Source of the DNA: Carcharhinus longimanus
Lineage: Eukaryota
Assembly: GCA_030264375.1 (NCBI GenBank)
Contig: JASCQW010000032.1
Location: 40,453,032 to 40,517,031 of the forward strand
DNA length: 64,000 nt
Direction of reading: 5' to 3'
The notes under the pieces are model-generated. The model was not told where the DNA came from. It made no database searches and was given only the letters and a program-made list of their open reading frames with translations. The translations under genes and the position numbers were made by a program. Position 1 is the stretch's first letter. Each line of letters begins with the position of its first letter. Positions 1-12,409 of the stretch are shown here, one piece after another.

Positions 1-640
1 CCGTCCTAGCGCGGAATATAAATATTTAATTCACCTGCGTTACAGCCAGCCTTTGAATTGAAATGACCTCCCGGACCCGGTTCCAATATAACGTTTACAA
101 ATCTGTCTTGTTCATACATGTCGAACGCTCTTCGACCTCCCAAACGGTTGCCTGCAACTCGACCAACGAAACAAACGCCCTTCCCTCCTCTGTACAGCAG
201 TGTTATCTGCAATAGCAGAGCGTAAGCAAAACACAGCACTTACCCGGCTCAGGGCGCTTCCCCAGAATAGTAACCAGCTGAATGTTGTATTCCATTTCTA
301 CTTTTTCGATCAATAAAGGGACTTAAAATAAAGGAGTGAAGCGAAAACTGAAGGGTAAATGAAAGACTGTAAACAGACGTCAGAGGTCTGTGAGAGTGAT
401 CAGGTTGCTAAATCCCAGCATGGGCCGAATGACTTCCTCATAGTTTTACAGGAAAAGGCTGAAATGTGCGAATACAGCGGAAAGTGTCCTTTTTTGCTAG
501 CAGCTAGCGTCAAATACCAACGACAAAAGCAGGCAAGGGGAGATACTGACAGAAAAGACGATTTGAGACGAGTTAGCTGCGGAATGCAGTGAAATATTCA
601 CAAGGGAAATCATGAAAAGGCCATGAACGCTGTTACTAGA

Positions 641-712
641 TTCACATGACCAGTGGCAGCCAATAGAAAAAGAGTCTCCGTCGTAAAAGGTCCATTACAA
701 AGTTGTAAATTT
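641..712 (-). promoter_or_regulatory. Orphan Hox-type promoter module at the position of the lost paralog 7 (resembles the Hox8/7-6 four-cluster conserved sequence)
   Basis: Minus strand reads AAATTTACAACTTTGTAATGGACCTTTTACGACGG...CTATTGGCTGCCACTGGTCATGTGAA. It contains Hox/Cdx sites (702-709, 680-688), CCAAT (660-664) and E-box CACATG (643-648), about 3.7 kb 3' of the HoxD8 stop. The identification with the known element is from memory. Confidence 0.6.
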
Positions 713-3700
713 TCTTCAAACAAAAAGGAATTCGCAGCAATTCCTTGCGGATTTCACAAGTACAGCTCGCAAGCGCCATGTTTCCTTTAACGAGTTCTTT
801 GCTGCAGCTATTTGTTATCGTGTGTATTGTAACGAACGCCTTAACTAACTATAAACACGGAAATGCCGCGACAACATAAGGAGAAACCTCTCCCAATGCA
901 GTAGTTATTCCGCAGTCCAGCAATCAAATCACTGCCATCTGTGTGTGCATCTAGACGTTTGTTAGTTCATGGTTCGAATAAGTCAAAGGAGAGACATTCG
1001 AATTTTGGGGGGAAAAAGGCAAGGTCAACAAATGATTAAATGTGGGCTGATCACAATCTCCAATGCCGCCAGTTATGCAGCAGAAATCCACTTATTTTTC
1101 TTATTGCCCTGATTTTCACAGCCCATTCGATATGGCCAAGTGAAGAGTAGGAAATAAACCAAGCAGAAGCGTGTTTGTCTATTAAGTATAGCAAAACTAC
1201 GGCGACTTCCTTCCTTCAAATGGCGATCAATAATAAAAGCATTTACTAATTTATTCTAAATGTTATATGGTATATCCTGCACAGGTGAGAGATAGAAGAT
1301 TAAATATCGGTGTGTATATATAGGCAACTAATTATATGTTGCACTTCCATTCCAATCACAGGGAGCATTGTATTATATTCTTTGTGTATCCATTGTGAGT
1401 AGAAAGTGGATCTATATCAAATACAAGAACACATGCCACTGGTCACCAAGGCTTGCCTTAACCGGATAAAATAACTCCGGCGCTGGGTTTACACATCTAA
1501 ACCATTTAAATCAGTCGGCTTTGTAATTTCTCCCTTTAGTGGCGATGAGCGGACTTGGCACCTACTGCTCCGCCGTGTCCAATTCACGGCGACCCCATTC
1601 ATTGAGAGACGGAAAAAAATGATGGTTAAAATGTATATTTTCCCCATAACCATATGCTTTTCGCTGGTTTAACTCGAGTGAAAGGTTATCTATCACTCGG
1701 TTACCTCTGGTTTGATGCTTTGATCTGATCTTACGAGGGATAAAAATCAAAAACAGCGTAACCAGATACGTGCCGGTAACTCATTTTTAATTTATGATAG
1801 GAATAAAACTAGTACAGGAGCAGCCTCCAATTGAAGGCATTCTGAATAGAACGTTCGGCCGTGGAAGTTACTCTCAGTGTGAAAGGGGAAAGACTCGGTC
1901 TGGGGTGGATGCTGTTGGAGAGTCAGTGGTGGAAGAATNNNNNNNNNNNNTAAAAAAAACCCAAATGAAGGTTCTTGAAGAACCACATTGAACATTTTGC
2001 AATGATTCAGGGGAGAGTTTTTAATGCATGTTTGGCTTTTTTGATCTCCATTCTTTATTAAAAATCTGTGGAAGCAACGCTAATCTCAAAATACGAATTC
2101 CATTCAATGCTTCGCCGTTCAGTGCATCATCTTTCAGAGAAAACAGGCGATTCCTAACATCTGATAAGGCTATCAGTACGGCCTAGATCTATCCTGAATG
2201 CGCGGTCATTTTGGTGGCCGCTATCCCGGTGAAGACCCGCATTTGACCGTCCGATTTGCAAATGGGAGCCGATACAAAATTAACTTATTTTTTAAATGAG
2301 GAACATTTTGCTAACAGAGTGAATGAAACTTTAAATCTGCATGTTTTCTAAAAACGGAACGCAGTGCAAAAATATTGGGGGGGGGGGGTGAAATCATCTG
2401 GATGTAAAACAAGAGAGACTTATGAACACTTCATTTGGGACAGAGAATTCCCTTCAGATACGAGAAGGCAATTTCAAGAATAAACATTTTTTCCAAGTTG
2501 ACTTATTCTGTAAAATTATTTATCTGTTTCGATCAGGCGCCGATTGTAATAGCCAATGTAGTTTGCAAAATATATTTTGCCTTAAAGTCGTACGCTGAGC
2601 TTAGAATATGTGAAATTGACAACATAGATTTGTTTAAACAAAAGTGGAATTTCAGAACTGCTGCCCGCCTTGAACGAGCTAATTGCTGTTTCATATTCTC
2701 GGACTATCTGATAAAATGAGGATGTTGTCTTTTAGTTATCTAACATATAATTCAATTCGATTGCAAGCCCGAAGCTGTATGGTGCAGCAGAGATGGTTGA
2801 AGTTATGGATTCTGGAACCCACTGGTTAAATGTTATCTTCTGCAAATAAACGCGCGATTTCAATTGTTTATTTAATATTTATATAATGTTTGCTTCGTTT
2901 TTCTCTCCCGCTTTTGATTGTTTCCTGTCTGTTCTTATCAATACTTTTCCTTAATTTAGGCTTATCATGCGCACAAAGGAAGAGACTGGAAATTTTCAAT
3001 TCCTACGGCTGCGGTTTGCAGGCAGCACCCCCGCGCTGATTCTATTAGAGTTTCGACTTGGCCTAATCGCCGATTAAGGTAAATGTAATGGGAAGCCGGA
3101 AGATTCTTCGACAGCTGAAGATTTTGCTTTCGCTCCCAGCTTTTACGGCAGGGAGAAATAAAATGGAGGCCAGAAATCCGCAGTTTGTCCAGTGATTTGT
3201 AGTATTAGAATTTTATTGTCGGTTTTACGAGATTTGCTGATATACGTGTACAGTAGACCGCAGTTAAACACCAAACACTAACTTTTACAGCGTCGGTTTA
3301 GCCACACATGAGCCAGGCATGTGATCTGATCAGCCAATGGTCATTCGGAAGACTTTTAACTTGAGGCACAGATAAACTAATATTCTAATCATCGGCTATA
3401 TCATTAACTTTTATAACTACATATAAAGAATTACGCCATCTTCAGGCTTTTGCACCCAAGTAACAGAGCGGCGGTGCGGTATGGGGAGACAAGCACCTTG
3501 TGGCCACGGAGCTAAACAAACACAAATACACGACATCTGATTTCACTGCGAGGAATACAACCTCCAAACAGTCACAGAAAGCTGGCGAGGTAGTGACCCA
3601 GTCACTCCGGCTAACTTTCTCAATCCGAGCACAATGAGTTTCTACTCCTGTTGGATCTACTTTTGGAGATATTCGTCGTTAAATGAAACAAGTAGACAAT

Positions 3701-3975
3701 TAAATTTAATCAACATTTATTAATTTAATCACATTCGACCATCATAAAAAGTGACTATTGCCGCGGAATACCTTGCAATTCATTTTTATTTTTATTTTTT
3801 TGCTTGTGTTTATAATATGCGTATCGGAGATAGGTAATGGTTGAGAATTTCCAGCCGCAATACACCACCAATTATTTCACACGCACAGTAATTAAGACAC
3901 ATCGTAAGTGCACGGTTCTTTTTCTCTATCATTAATTAAGTGTGTTCGCAATACATTCCAAATTATCCAATCTAT

Positions 3976-3996
3976 TAGGCAGTTCATGTTGTTGGG
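3976..3996 (-). promoter_or_regulatory. miR-196 target site in HoxD8 3' UTR
   Basis: Plus strand TAGGCAGTTCATGTTGTTGGG versus miR-196a UAGGUAGUUUCAUGUUGUUGGG. The mRNA pairs along the whole miRNA with one G:U wobble at nt 5 and one bulged U. Confidence 0.9.
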
Positions 3997-4397
3997 TATA
4001 ATCACAAAAAATGCGAAATAAAATCAGCAAACTAAATCAATCACCATATCATTTCATATTTTCGTCTTATTAAAAAGCAATAAAATCTTTATTCCAAATG
4101 GCTATTTCTTTTGAGTTTTTTTTGCCGCTTTCCACTTTTAAAGGGAGCGGCAATAGGAGGGCTGATCTGTCAAGGTGTGATGGGTGGGGAGGGGGGAATG
4201 TTAAAATTATGCACACAGGATTCATTAGAAATAATGTCGAATTAAGGCTCTAAAGAACTTCGATAACAATAAACAGGTGGATTGTTTACATCGAGCTAAC
4301 CATGGCTGTGTTGTAGGATTCAATCCCCTCAACACGTTTAATAGTGGAATTAGCGCAAACTGAATGACGTTTCGCTTGGAGGCCAAAGGGGGTAAAG

Positions 4398-4693
4398 TTA
4401 CTTGGTCTGTTTTTCTGTTGTCTCCTGCTCGGGGTCTTCCTGTTCTTTCTTCACCTCTTCCTCCTCCTCGTCGTTCCGGGAGGTGGGAAATTTGTCCTTA
4501 TTGTTTTCCTTTTTCCACTTCATCCTTCTGTTCTGAAACCAAATCTTCACCTGCCTCTCAGTCAGTCCTAGGGCATGTGAAACCTCGATCCTTCGCTTCC
4601 GAGTCAGATACGGATTGAAGAGGAATTCCTTTTCCAACTCCAGGGTTTGGAAACGGCTGTAAGTTTGTCTCCCTCTGCGTCTCCCGGGCGCTG
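4398..4693 (-). CDS. hoxd8: HoxD8 exon 2 (homeobox)
   Basis: Acceptor TTCTTTAG|CAG. Encodes (A)[69 protein letters not shown], a paralog-8 homeodomain, ending TAA at 4398. Joined CDS is 723 nt (240 aa). Confidence 0.96.
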
Positions 4694-4923
4694 CTAAAGA
4701 ACACGAGAATCACAGAAAGACAATCAGTACGGGGGGAATCAAATGCACACAACCAAAGAGCGACACACATAGGAACAAATCTTTGCTTTGAACGGCCATA
4801 CCATACAAAGAAAGTGCTCCTATAAAAGCCGACAAGACTATTATAGACCGCATTAAAACACCTTGGCGATTTAACTGAGCAGCAGTAAAACGTGAGATGG
4901 AAGCTAATTCTAATATATCCAAC

Positions 4924-5350
4924 CTTGAGGTCTCATCCAGGGAAACATTTGAGTAGGAGACGAGTTCTGATTTAAGTGTTCTGGTTCTTCGCCAATATTA
5001 CTGCTGGACGATTTACAGTCAGGATATTGTACCAGATCGGCCTCTTGCTGTGTCGTAAAAATTTGCTGTCTTTGTAAGTTATCGTATCCGTAAAATTTAG
5101 AGGGGTCACCGTGACACGTAATTCCACAAGGATTCTGCTGAAAGCCAGCGTTAGGAAGTGCAGATGTCCCATGGTGGTAAAAATCTTGAACTTGAGCTGG
5201 GTGCTGGAAGCCTGCGCCGGTGCTGGGACCATAGACGACAGTGTGTCTACTGGTCACGTCCTGTGGAAACCGGCAGTCGTAGTAAGTGGGACTGAGAGCT
5301 TCTCCGGGCTTGTACTTGGAGTAGAATGGATTCACAAAATATGAACTCAT
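4924..5350 (-). CDS. hoxd8: HoxD8 exon 1
   Basis: ATG 5350 gives [14 protein letters not shown]...; hexapeptide MFPWMRPQ is followed by phase-1 donor G|GTTGGA at 4923. Confidence 0.96.
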
Positions 5351-6020
5351 CTGTGCAGACTCTGGAATGGCCAATGAATATCAACAAAATCACTGCTAAA
5401 CAGCACAGGAGGAATGTTATTTTGGGTCCCCCGGTTTACAGTGTGCTCATGATGGCAATGCAGGTCCTGTATGCACTGATGCCCCTGTGGAACATACTCG
5501 CTAATACTGTAGGTACACAACTGCCTCACTGCTCTGGCTGCTTCGCTTTCAGAAACCGCAACTCAGTAGTCAGCCAGCTGGGAAGGTCGTTGTCTGCCGT
5601 TTACAGTTACCGCTTTCGCGGGCAACACGTCTCTGCTGGAAAATGATTTTTTTTTGGGGGGGGGTAAAAAAATGTAGAGGGCACACAGATCGGGCAAAAA
5701 AGATAACATGCGGATTAATATATTCAGCACACTCTCATTACAATTAGGCGGGCCGCATCACAGAAAACATGAAATACGTGCGCCACTCAACTGAACAGAA
5801 ATGAAGCTGGCCCGGTTACAGCACAGCAATTAGATTTTAGAACACAACAAGGTGAGATTGGTTTCAAGGTCAAGACATAGTCAAAAATGAGGAGAATAAG
5901 CCAGAGGACTGAAAGGCTAAGGTTAGAATGAAGATTAGGGATTATTTTTCATTGGGTCTTTCTGTAAATCTTGTTGAATCTGCGTGGCTCTGTCAATCTG
6001 TCTGTCTTCAGCTTATATTT

Positions 6021-6052
6021 ACACACACACTCATACACACACACACATATAT
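6021..6052. repeat. (CA)n/(TA)n microsatellite
   Basis: acacacacactcatacacacacacacatatat. Confidence 0.8.
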
Positions 6053-8537
6053 ATTTCCAACCCCATGCTTAAGTATAGTTGACGCATAGATATTCCTGTA
6101 AGTTACATGTAAACTGTTATCAATCAACAATAATTCTTGTTGGTGGGTTTAAGTGGGCGGCTGATAAACAGAAGTGGAAGCTTATTTTTTTAAATGCACC
6201 AGGCAACATTAAGATAGTAAATATGAAATATTTCTTCTACAAATAACGCGAAAAATAGTTACCCTTGGCTCAGATTGAAAACAAAGTAGGTTCGCTTGAC
6301 TGAAACTTGGAGGTTAATTGCGAGTTAATGAAAATCATGCTTGTGAATACATTTTCCATCATTTCAACTCTGGCACACGTCATTGCCCAGAAAAGCAGCT
6401 CGGGTCTCCAGGCAAACACAAAGTTTGCAGATTGAGGTTAGAAATTTCACCAAGGACTTCAGCATCGGGAGGAACAACAAGCCTGAGATGATAGGCATGC
6501 ATGTCCCCCAGTTGCTTAGCTTTTGTCGCAGATAAACTGAATCGCTGGTGGATAAAGTGAATCCCAATTTATTTGCTTCCAGCGGTTGAGTTTAAAGTTT
6601 AAACGAAAAGAGTCCTTGATCTGTTAAACTTGTATCCACCAGTGAACTTTGTCCCTCACGCTTCGGCAGTTGCCTCAGCTCCACAGCGTGCTTCAGGGAA
6701 ATAAAGTCAGAAATGTCTTCACTCGCTGCTTCCACTCCACCCCAATGGGCGCATTTCAAATGAGTCCAAAATGTGCTGCAGACTGCAACGTTCCGTTTCA
6801 GTAACTTTTCATTTATTTGCATGAAAGAAAATCAGTCAGCTAAAAAGTCACAATTAAAAGAGGTTATTATTGTTTAATTATAAAAGTGTTCGTGAATTTT
6901 TACCTTGAAATAGAACTAATAGCTGATGATGGCTGCACGATAGAATCGAGGCTGTAATCGCATTCAGCGCTAAAATTTCCAACAAACCACACTTTTGCAC
7001 AACGAGGACAATTTCCATCAATCAGCATTGTGATTAATGGACGGCATTGTAACATTGTTATGTACATATTTACGTGGCCAATTCACTATTGAGTTAAACT
7101 CCATTTCACCAAAATAGTTCGTTTACGGAGAAATGGTAACGGCGAGAATCTCTCTCCTTCTGCTGCCTCCTTTTGTATATATATATAAAGCATTCATATC
7201 AATTACTTATTTTAAAAACCTGGCCCATCCGATTTATTACTTATCTGCTTGATTTTATTCTCTGCGCTTTGCTATCTGAAGCCATCACTAAACCTCTTCT
7301 AATCGAAGGGAAACGGCGCCAGAAACCCGAAAGAACAACTTAACACTTCTCGGGGTTTATTGGCAGATTCCTCAATGGTCGGCGGCAAATAAATGTATGG
7401 TATTTATTGCAACAAGGAGTGCGGGATACGTGACTAATATAAAACAGGGAAGTATCTTTTTAAAAGAAACGGCAGACACGGGTTTATTTTTGCCGAATTC
7501 TTGGGAACAGTTTTATAAAATTAAAATTGAGCTTCGAACGCCATTCTGTAGATGTAATTTAAATTTAACTGCAGACCTTATTCATATTTTCTATTGCGAA
7601 TATTTATCAGTTTGCAGCTAATTTATTCCGGGGCATGGCGATGCAGCTAGCATGTGAGAAGTCAAATCAATGGGCAATTTAGTTTATTTTACTTTTCGAT
7701 CTGTAACTGCCCTCAAACGCGTGAAGGATGTTTCAGAAATGATTGGAAACTATTACAACATGACCCGATAGAAGTATTTTAAAGGGAGATTGTAAAATTG
7801 ACCGCCAATGAGATTTTGTTTAAATTGGAGACATGACTCTGATTATTGCTTTAGGGGCTGACGCGCACAATGAAATAAACAAATGTTTACGCCTGTTAAA
7901 GTCGATAGTTGCAGTTTGAAAAGATTCGCTCTGCGTATTTCCATTTGTCTTAATTCTGCTACACATTGTAACATTTTAGTTTTCACCCCAGAATAGTGAT
8001 TTTTTGAGAAAATAAAAAAGTCATCCTTATTCTCGAAATCCACTGCGAATCATCTGACCCTTACTTAATGTACAAATTAACCATTCTACAAAGATCATAT
8101 TTTACAATTTCACCGAAGGAACATCATTCGAACAAAGAATGCAGGCAAAAATTGTGGCTTTTGTCACAATTTAAGTTGCAACTCGTGTAAATTCTTATGA
8201 ACAATTCTTCATTCTGTTCTCACAAAACTTTCACGATCAGAAGTCTTTACTATGCAACTATTTAATGGTAAATTTCCAAAACAAGTCATGTGGAACTTCT
8301 AACCTTTAAGCGAGCACATGGTCAGCTGTCTTTGATTTTGAACGTTTTTTGGGGGGTATTTGCAATCCCAATGTTAATCTTGAATTTTTATATTTCTCCA
8401 AAAACACGTTACAGATATCACTGTTTTTCATGTTTGCTACATTTAAATGCACTATGAAAAATATTATTTTCCTTTTAACCGATTTAAAATATATCTGTTG
8501 TCATTTGCAGGTCACCCAAATTGCTATAGTGGAGCGA

Positions 8538-8556
8538 CAGCACCGCCTAGTGGATA
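8538..8556 (-). promoter_or_regulatory. Candidate CTCF site between HoxD9 and HoxD8
   Basis: Minus strand TATCCACTAGGCGGTGCTG, two deviations from core CCASYAGRKGGCR. Confidence 0.45.
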
Positions 8557-11321
8557 ATGAAATGAACTGCGACTGGTGGAACGGGGCTACTTTGATTTTT
8601 GTGCGGGAATCATTTAAGAATCAGTTAATATATTTGTAAGATACATGACATAAAAGGTCCATTAGATCTCAGTAAATGTTTTTAAAAATTGCTTTATGTA
8701 AAAATGATTCAGAATTGTCAGTGCACTTTGCCTGATTAGCCTTGCACAACTTTAAATTGGCAATCAGCATTCTCCAGTGAAAGCACAGCGTTTCAAAAAG
8801 TTAAAAGACTTTTTGAAACTTTACGCACTTAGTATTTGAAAGGAAGCAGTCGCCTAACTCTATGTCATTTCTCTTACGACTCCTTAAAACAAATATAAAT
8901 TAAATTAGTTGATTGCATATATATGTTATGTATTATTAAAGATCCAATAATTTGAATAAAAGCGGGGGTGGGGGGGGCATGGGTGACTGCACGTGCATAC
9001 AGAGACAAAGAGAGTAGCAGAAATACAGATTATTAGCAACTATTCAATATGTGGAAAGATTTAAATATGTTTTCTATAGGTTGAGAACAGTATTTCCTGT
9101 CTGCTGTTTCTACATTTTAAAGATTTATGGATACATTTGTTTGCACACGTAAGCGAGATGAGAAACATTTGTTTGGAAATTCAAAATTAAATACATCCAT
9201 AAAACGGACGCTGTGTTCAATTTAGTTTCCAGCAGCAAGCCTGTGATACATATTCGCCTATCCACCGTTTGCATCTTGCATGATAAAATATCTTGAACGT
9301 AAGTATTATTTCTTTAGAGCTCTGTTTTACTTTCTATCGCATGACTCATCAGTTAATGAAGCAACCCTGTAGATTTCCGCGTTATTGTTATTTAATTGGG
9401 CACGCGGATTAATATTACATGTAATTTTTCCGTACAGCCAAATGTATTTCATTTCATTGCACTTCTTGCATGTATGTTTGGGAATAGGTACGATTGTCCA
9501 GACTCAAATGACAAAGCGGAATTAATTGTCTTCGTTCCTTTAACTAGCGTCTGAGTTTTTGTTTGTCGTCAACAGACAAAACATCTGAATTGGCTGATTT
9601 CAAAGAAGTCTGTAATTACATGAAAAAAACTATAAAGTCATTAAGGTCAGGCGTCTAGCCAGTAGTGGGGGTTTATTGTACCCGTCCCTTCCGGTTCTGA
9701 AGTACTGTATGTGGAATGGTGGCAATAGATGGCGTTGCAATTCAACACCTCCTGAGCAGTAAAGTTTTCAGAGGATCCTCCAAAAAGAATGAAGTTCTAG
9801 TTTTATGAGGGCGCGCAATTGTTTTCAGCTTGAAATAGTGACGTGAAGTAAAATTAACCTGTCTGTGTTCAGCACCCATGTATGTATACAGTTGTAATAA
9901 ATCCCTGCCCAGTGGCTTGCCAATAATGTGTACTTTGCTGTTTATTTCCGTACCTTTAACTAATATACCCAGTGTATTTGCAACTATGAATCATTCCAGC
10001 GTGCTCCGCGTCGGATACCCGCGATAATAATAAATAACATTGTTCAAACAACAAGAGAAACTATAAAACATCTCTGCGCACAGGAGGCTGAGGGGAACTT
10101 CCTTCCAATAGATATCCAGTCAAATTGCAAGCAAATAAGCAAATGTATTGATAAAGGCACGATTTTGTTTTAAAAGATGCCTTGATCCACATTATCTATA
10201 AAATACATGTGTGCCAGCATGTGTTTAGTAGATAATTGCTAATTGCTGCAATCGAGAAAAGTCCAAGATTTCAGAATCGTTTTCATAATTTATACAGCCA
10301 GCGATCATTTCTCACCAGGGGAGGTCAATGTTAGAATGCTGATCAGCTCATGTGAACGAAATCCACTTTGAACCATCGTGGTATTAACATCCAATTCAAC
10401 AATACTGTTCCGGATAGAAATGGAGGAAATTTAAGGCCTGCTAAAGTACCATATTTCTCTGCAGTCCCTCCTAAAATGGCTAACAGTTCACAGCCAGAGT
10501 TAATCGTAAATCATAAATGACTTTTCAAGCAGTCAGCAAATCTGAAATGTTTATAAATTTTATTGTTATCGTAACGAGGAAACGTGAGGTACAAAACCAA
10601 CGGACTAGAGTGGAATTTTCTGCCTAGCCGTTTGATTTCTGTAACACAGTGTGTTTTTTTAAATTATCATAACTATGGCAGCTATTAAATAGTGCAGAGG
10701 ACCTGGGAGTAAGTCCAAAACTACTGTGATCTTGTATTTGCTCACATCTTCCTTGTATCAATTACATTGGATTTGACTTACGTAATGATCCAGATAACGG
10801 CATCTTTATGACAGTATTGAAATGGACACAATAAACACTAAAGAAGGTCATATTCACTTGCCACTAAAATAAGCTTGCTTCAGATTGTCCCAAACGCACA
10901 AGAAAGATGTTCACGGATGTTGGAAAAGTAACAAAGTTTTGAACGTCTTTCTATTTATCTGTGTCCCTTCCTTAAGGTGCCTATCGCTTAATGACACGTT
11001 CAGGTTATTCCAGAAATGTGTTTTCTCGCCGTGACTATGACGCTCTGCTAATTTCACATGGAATATTTTAAATAAATAGTACATTGGCATGACACCCTTT
11101 ATCAGCACAGTGATAGTGCCATTGCACTTGTAAATAACTGCATAATGTACAGACACTGGCGCTTTTATTACATTTCATCCAGTAACCAGCAGACAAACTG
11201 AATAGAAGGACAAAGGGTATGTATTTCTCTATATTTCTATCTGAATGATACACTAACAATACAGCGGAAACACAACAATTTACAGGTTGCACAACTAAAG
11301 AGACTGTTGAAGTATGCGTGC

Positions 11322-11327
11322 TTTATT
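11322..11327 (-). terminator. Candidate HoxD9 polyadenylation signal
   Basis: AATAAA on minus strand about 280 nt after the stop codon. Confidence 0.5.
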
Positions 11328-11606
11328 CATGTACAAAACAAATATATTCTACTGATGGAGTCAACGTTTTATCGCAATACAACCAATGTGCTGACATTAG
11401 TTTAAATTCCATTTAATGTAACCAAGTAGCAGCAAATCAGGGAGTCTCTACACAAATGTAAGTTGTTTATACACAGGATTGCTCCGGAGCAGGACAACAC
11501 TGGGAAACATAGACCGTGCTTTGAGTAGGCACCACTAGATAGACAAAACACTTTGTACACAGTCTGTTGGATTTCCAGAACTATCGCTTAAAGTACGGGT
11601 GACCAC

Positions 11607-11848
11607 TTAAGGCTCTTCGTTATTTTTCACTTTGTTCATCTTTTTCATTTTCATTCTTCTGTTCTGAAACCAAATCTTTACCTGTCTCTCGGTAAGATTT
11701 AAAATTCTAGCAACTTCATAACGCCGGTCTCTGGTGAGGTACATATTAAATAAAAACTCCTTTTCTAATTCAAGCGTCTGGTACTTGGTATAAGGGCAAC
11801 GTTTCTTCCTGGTAGAGCGAGCGTGGATCCAGTTTATAGCTGGGTGAT
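11607..11848 (-). CDS. hoxd9: HoxD9 exon 2 (homeobox)
   Basis: Acceptor TTCCTTCTAG|AT. Encodes (N)[71 protein letters not shown]. Joined CDS is 798 nt (265 aa). Confidence 0.96.
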
Positions 11849-12409
11849 CTAGAAGGAATTGGGGGGGGGGGGGGGTAAAAAAAAACAAGAATTAAAATCT
11901 GAACATGTCCTGGATATCTTCCGCTGGATTTCAAACATCTTCGAGAATTTCCACAATCATAACAATATGAATCAAAGTTGCAGTTCTCTTTCCCCACTGG
12001 GTACTTGTCAAGTTCAGGGAGGTTTCATATATTAAGGAGTTGAGAGAGCGATTGATTTCAGTTTGTTTCGAGTTGTTTTGAAATTGGTTGTTACAAAATT
12101 GGGAGAAAAATAGAATGGAAAAATTGCAGATGAAAATGTTTAAATTAGAAAAAAGTTATTTCACCTCCGACTTTCCGATGCTGCTACACGATGCAACGAG
12201 AAGGAATACATCAACGTTTTACAGTCTTGTCAGACATACATTTGTGTGTAAAAATTCCCTGTAAACAATATAAACTCTTTACTGCTGCCTGTGCGTTTTC
12301 AGACTTGGGGAGGCGTCTAGACATCTTTATAGGTTTGTAAAACCATCAGCTTTGCACACTCGGGTCTACAGGTTCGGGTTGTAAATCAAGCTGCAATTTT
12401 TGCACTTAC

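Noticed and set aside
6-592. ORFs 6-239 and 359-592 as HoxD7/D6 coding remnants
   Set aside because: No hexapeptide or homeodomain similarity; only the non-coding promoter and donor are supportable.
3976-3996. miR-196 gene on the plus strand
   Set aside because: No complementary star arm or hairpin seen nearby. It is antisense to the HoxD8 3' UTR and carries the HOXB8-type wobble, so it is a target site.
8790-8819. 12-bp inverted repeat GTTTCAAAAAGT/ACTTTTTGAAAC (also small hairpins at 14824-14841 and 43133-43162)
   Set aside because: Short and mostly AT-rich, too small for a pre-miRNA, and no other support.
9365-9375. ACCCTGTAGAT match to the miR-10 5' end (also TCCCTGTAGA near 16113)
   Set aside because: Only 10-11 nt with no hairpin, and beyond the likely D9 poly(A) signal. 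No canonical miR-10 seed site was seen in the proximal HoxD10 3' UTR either.
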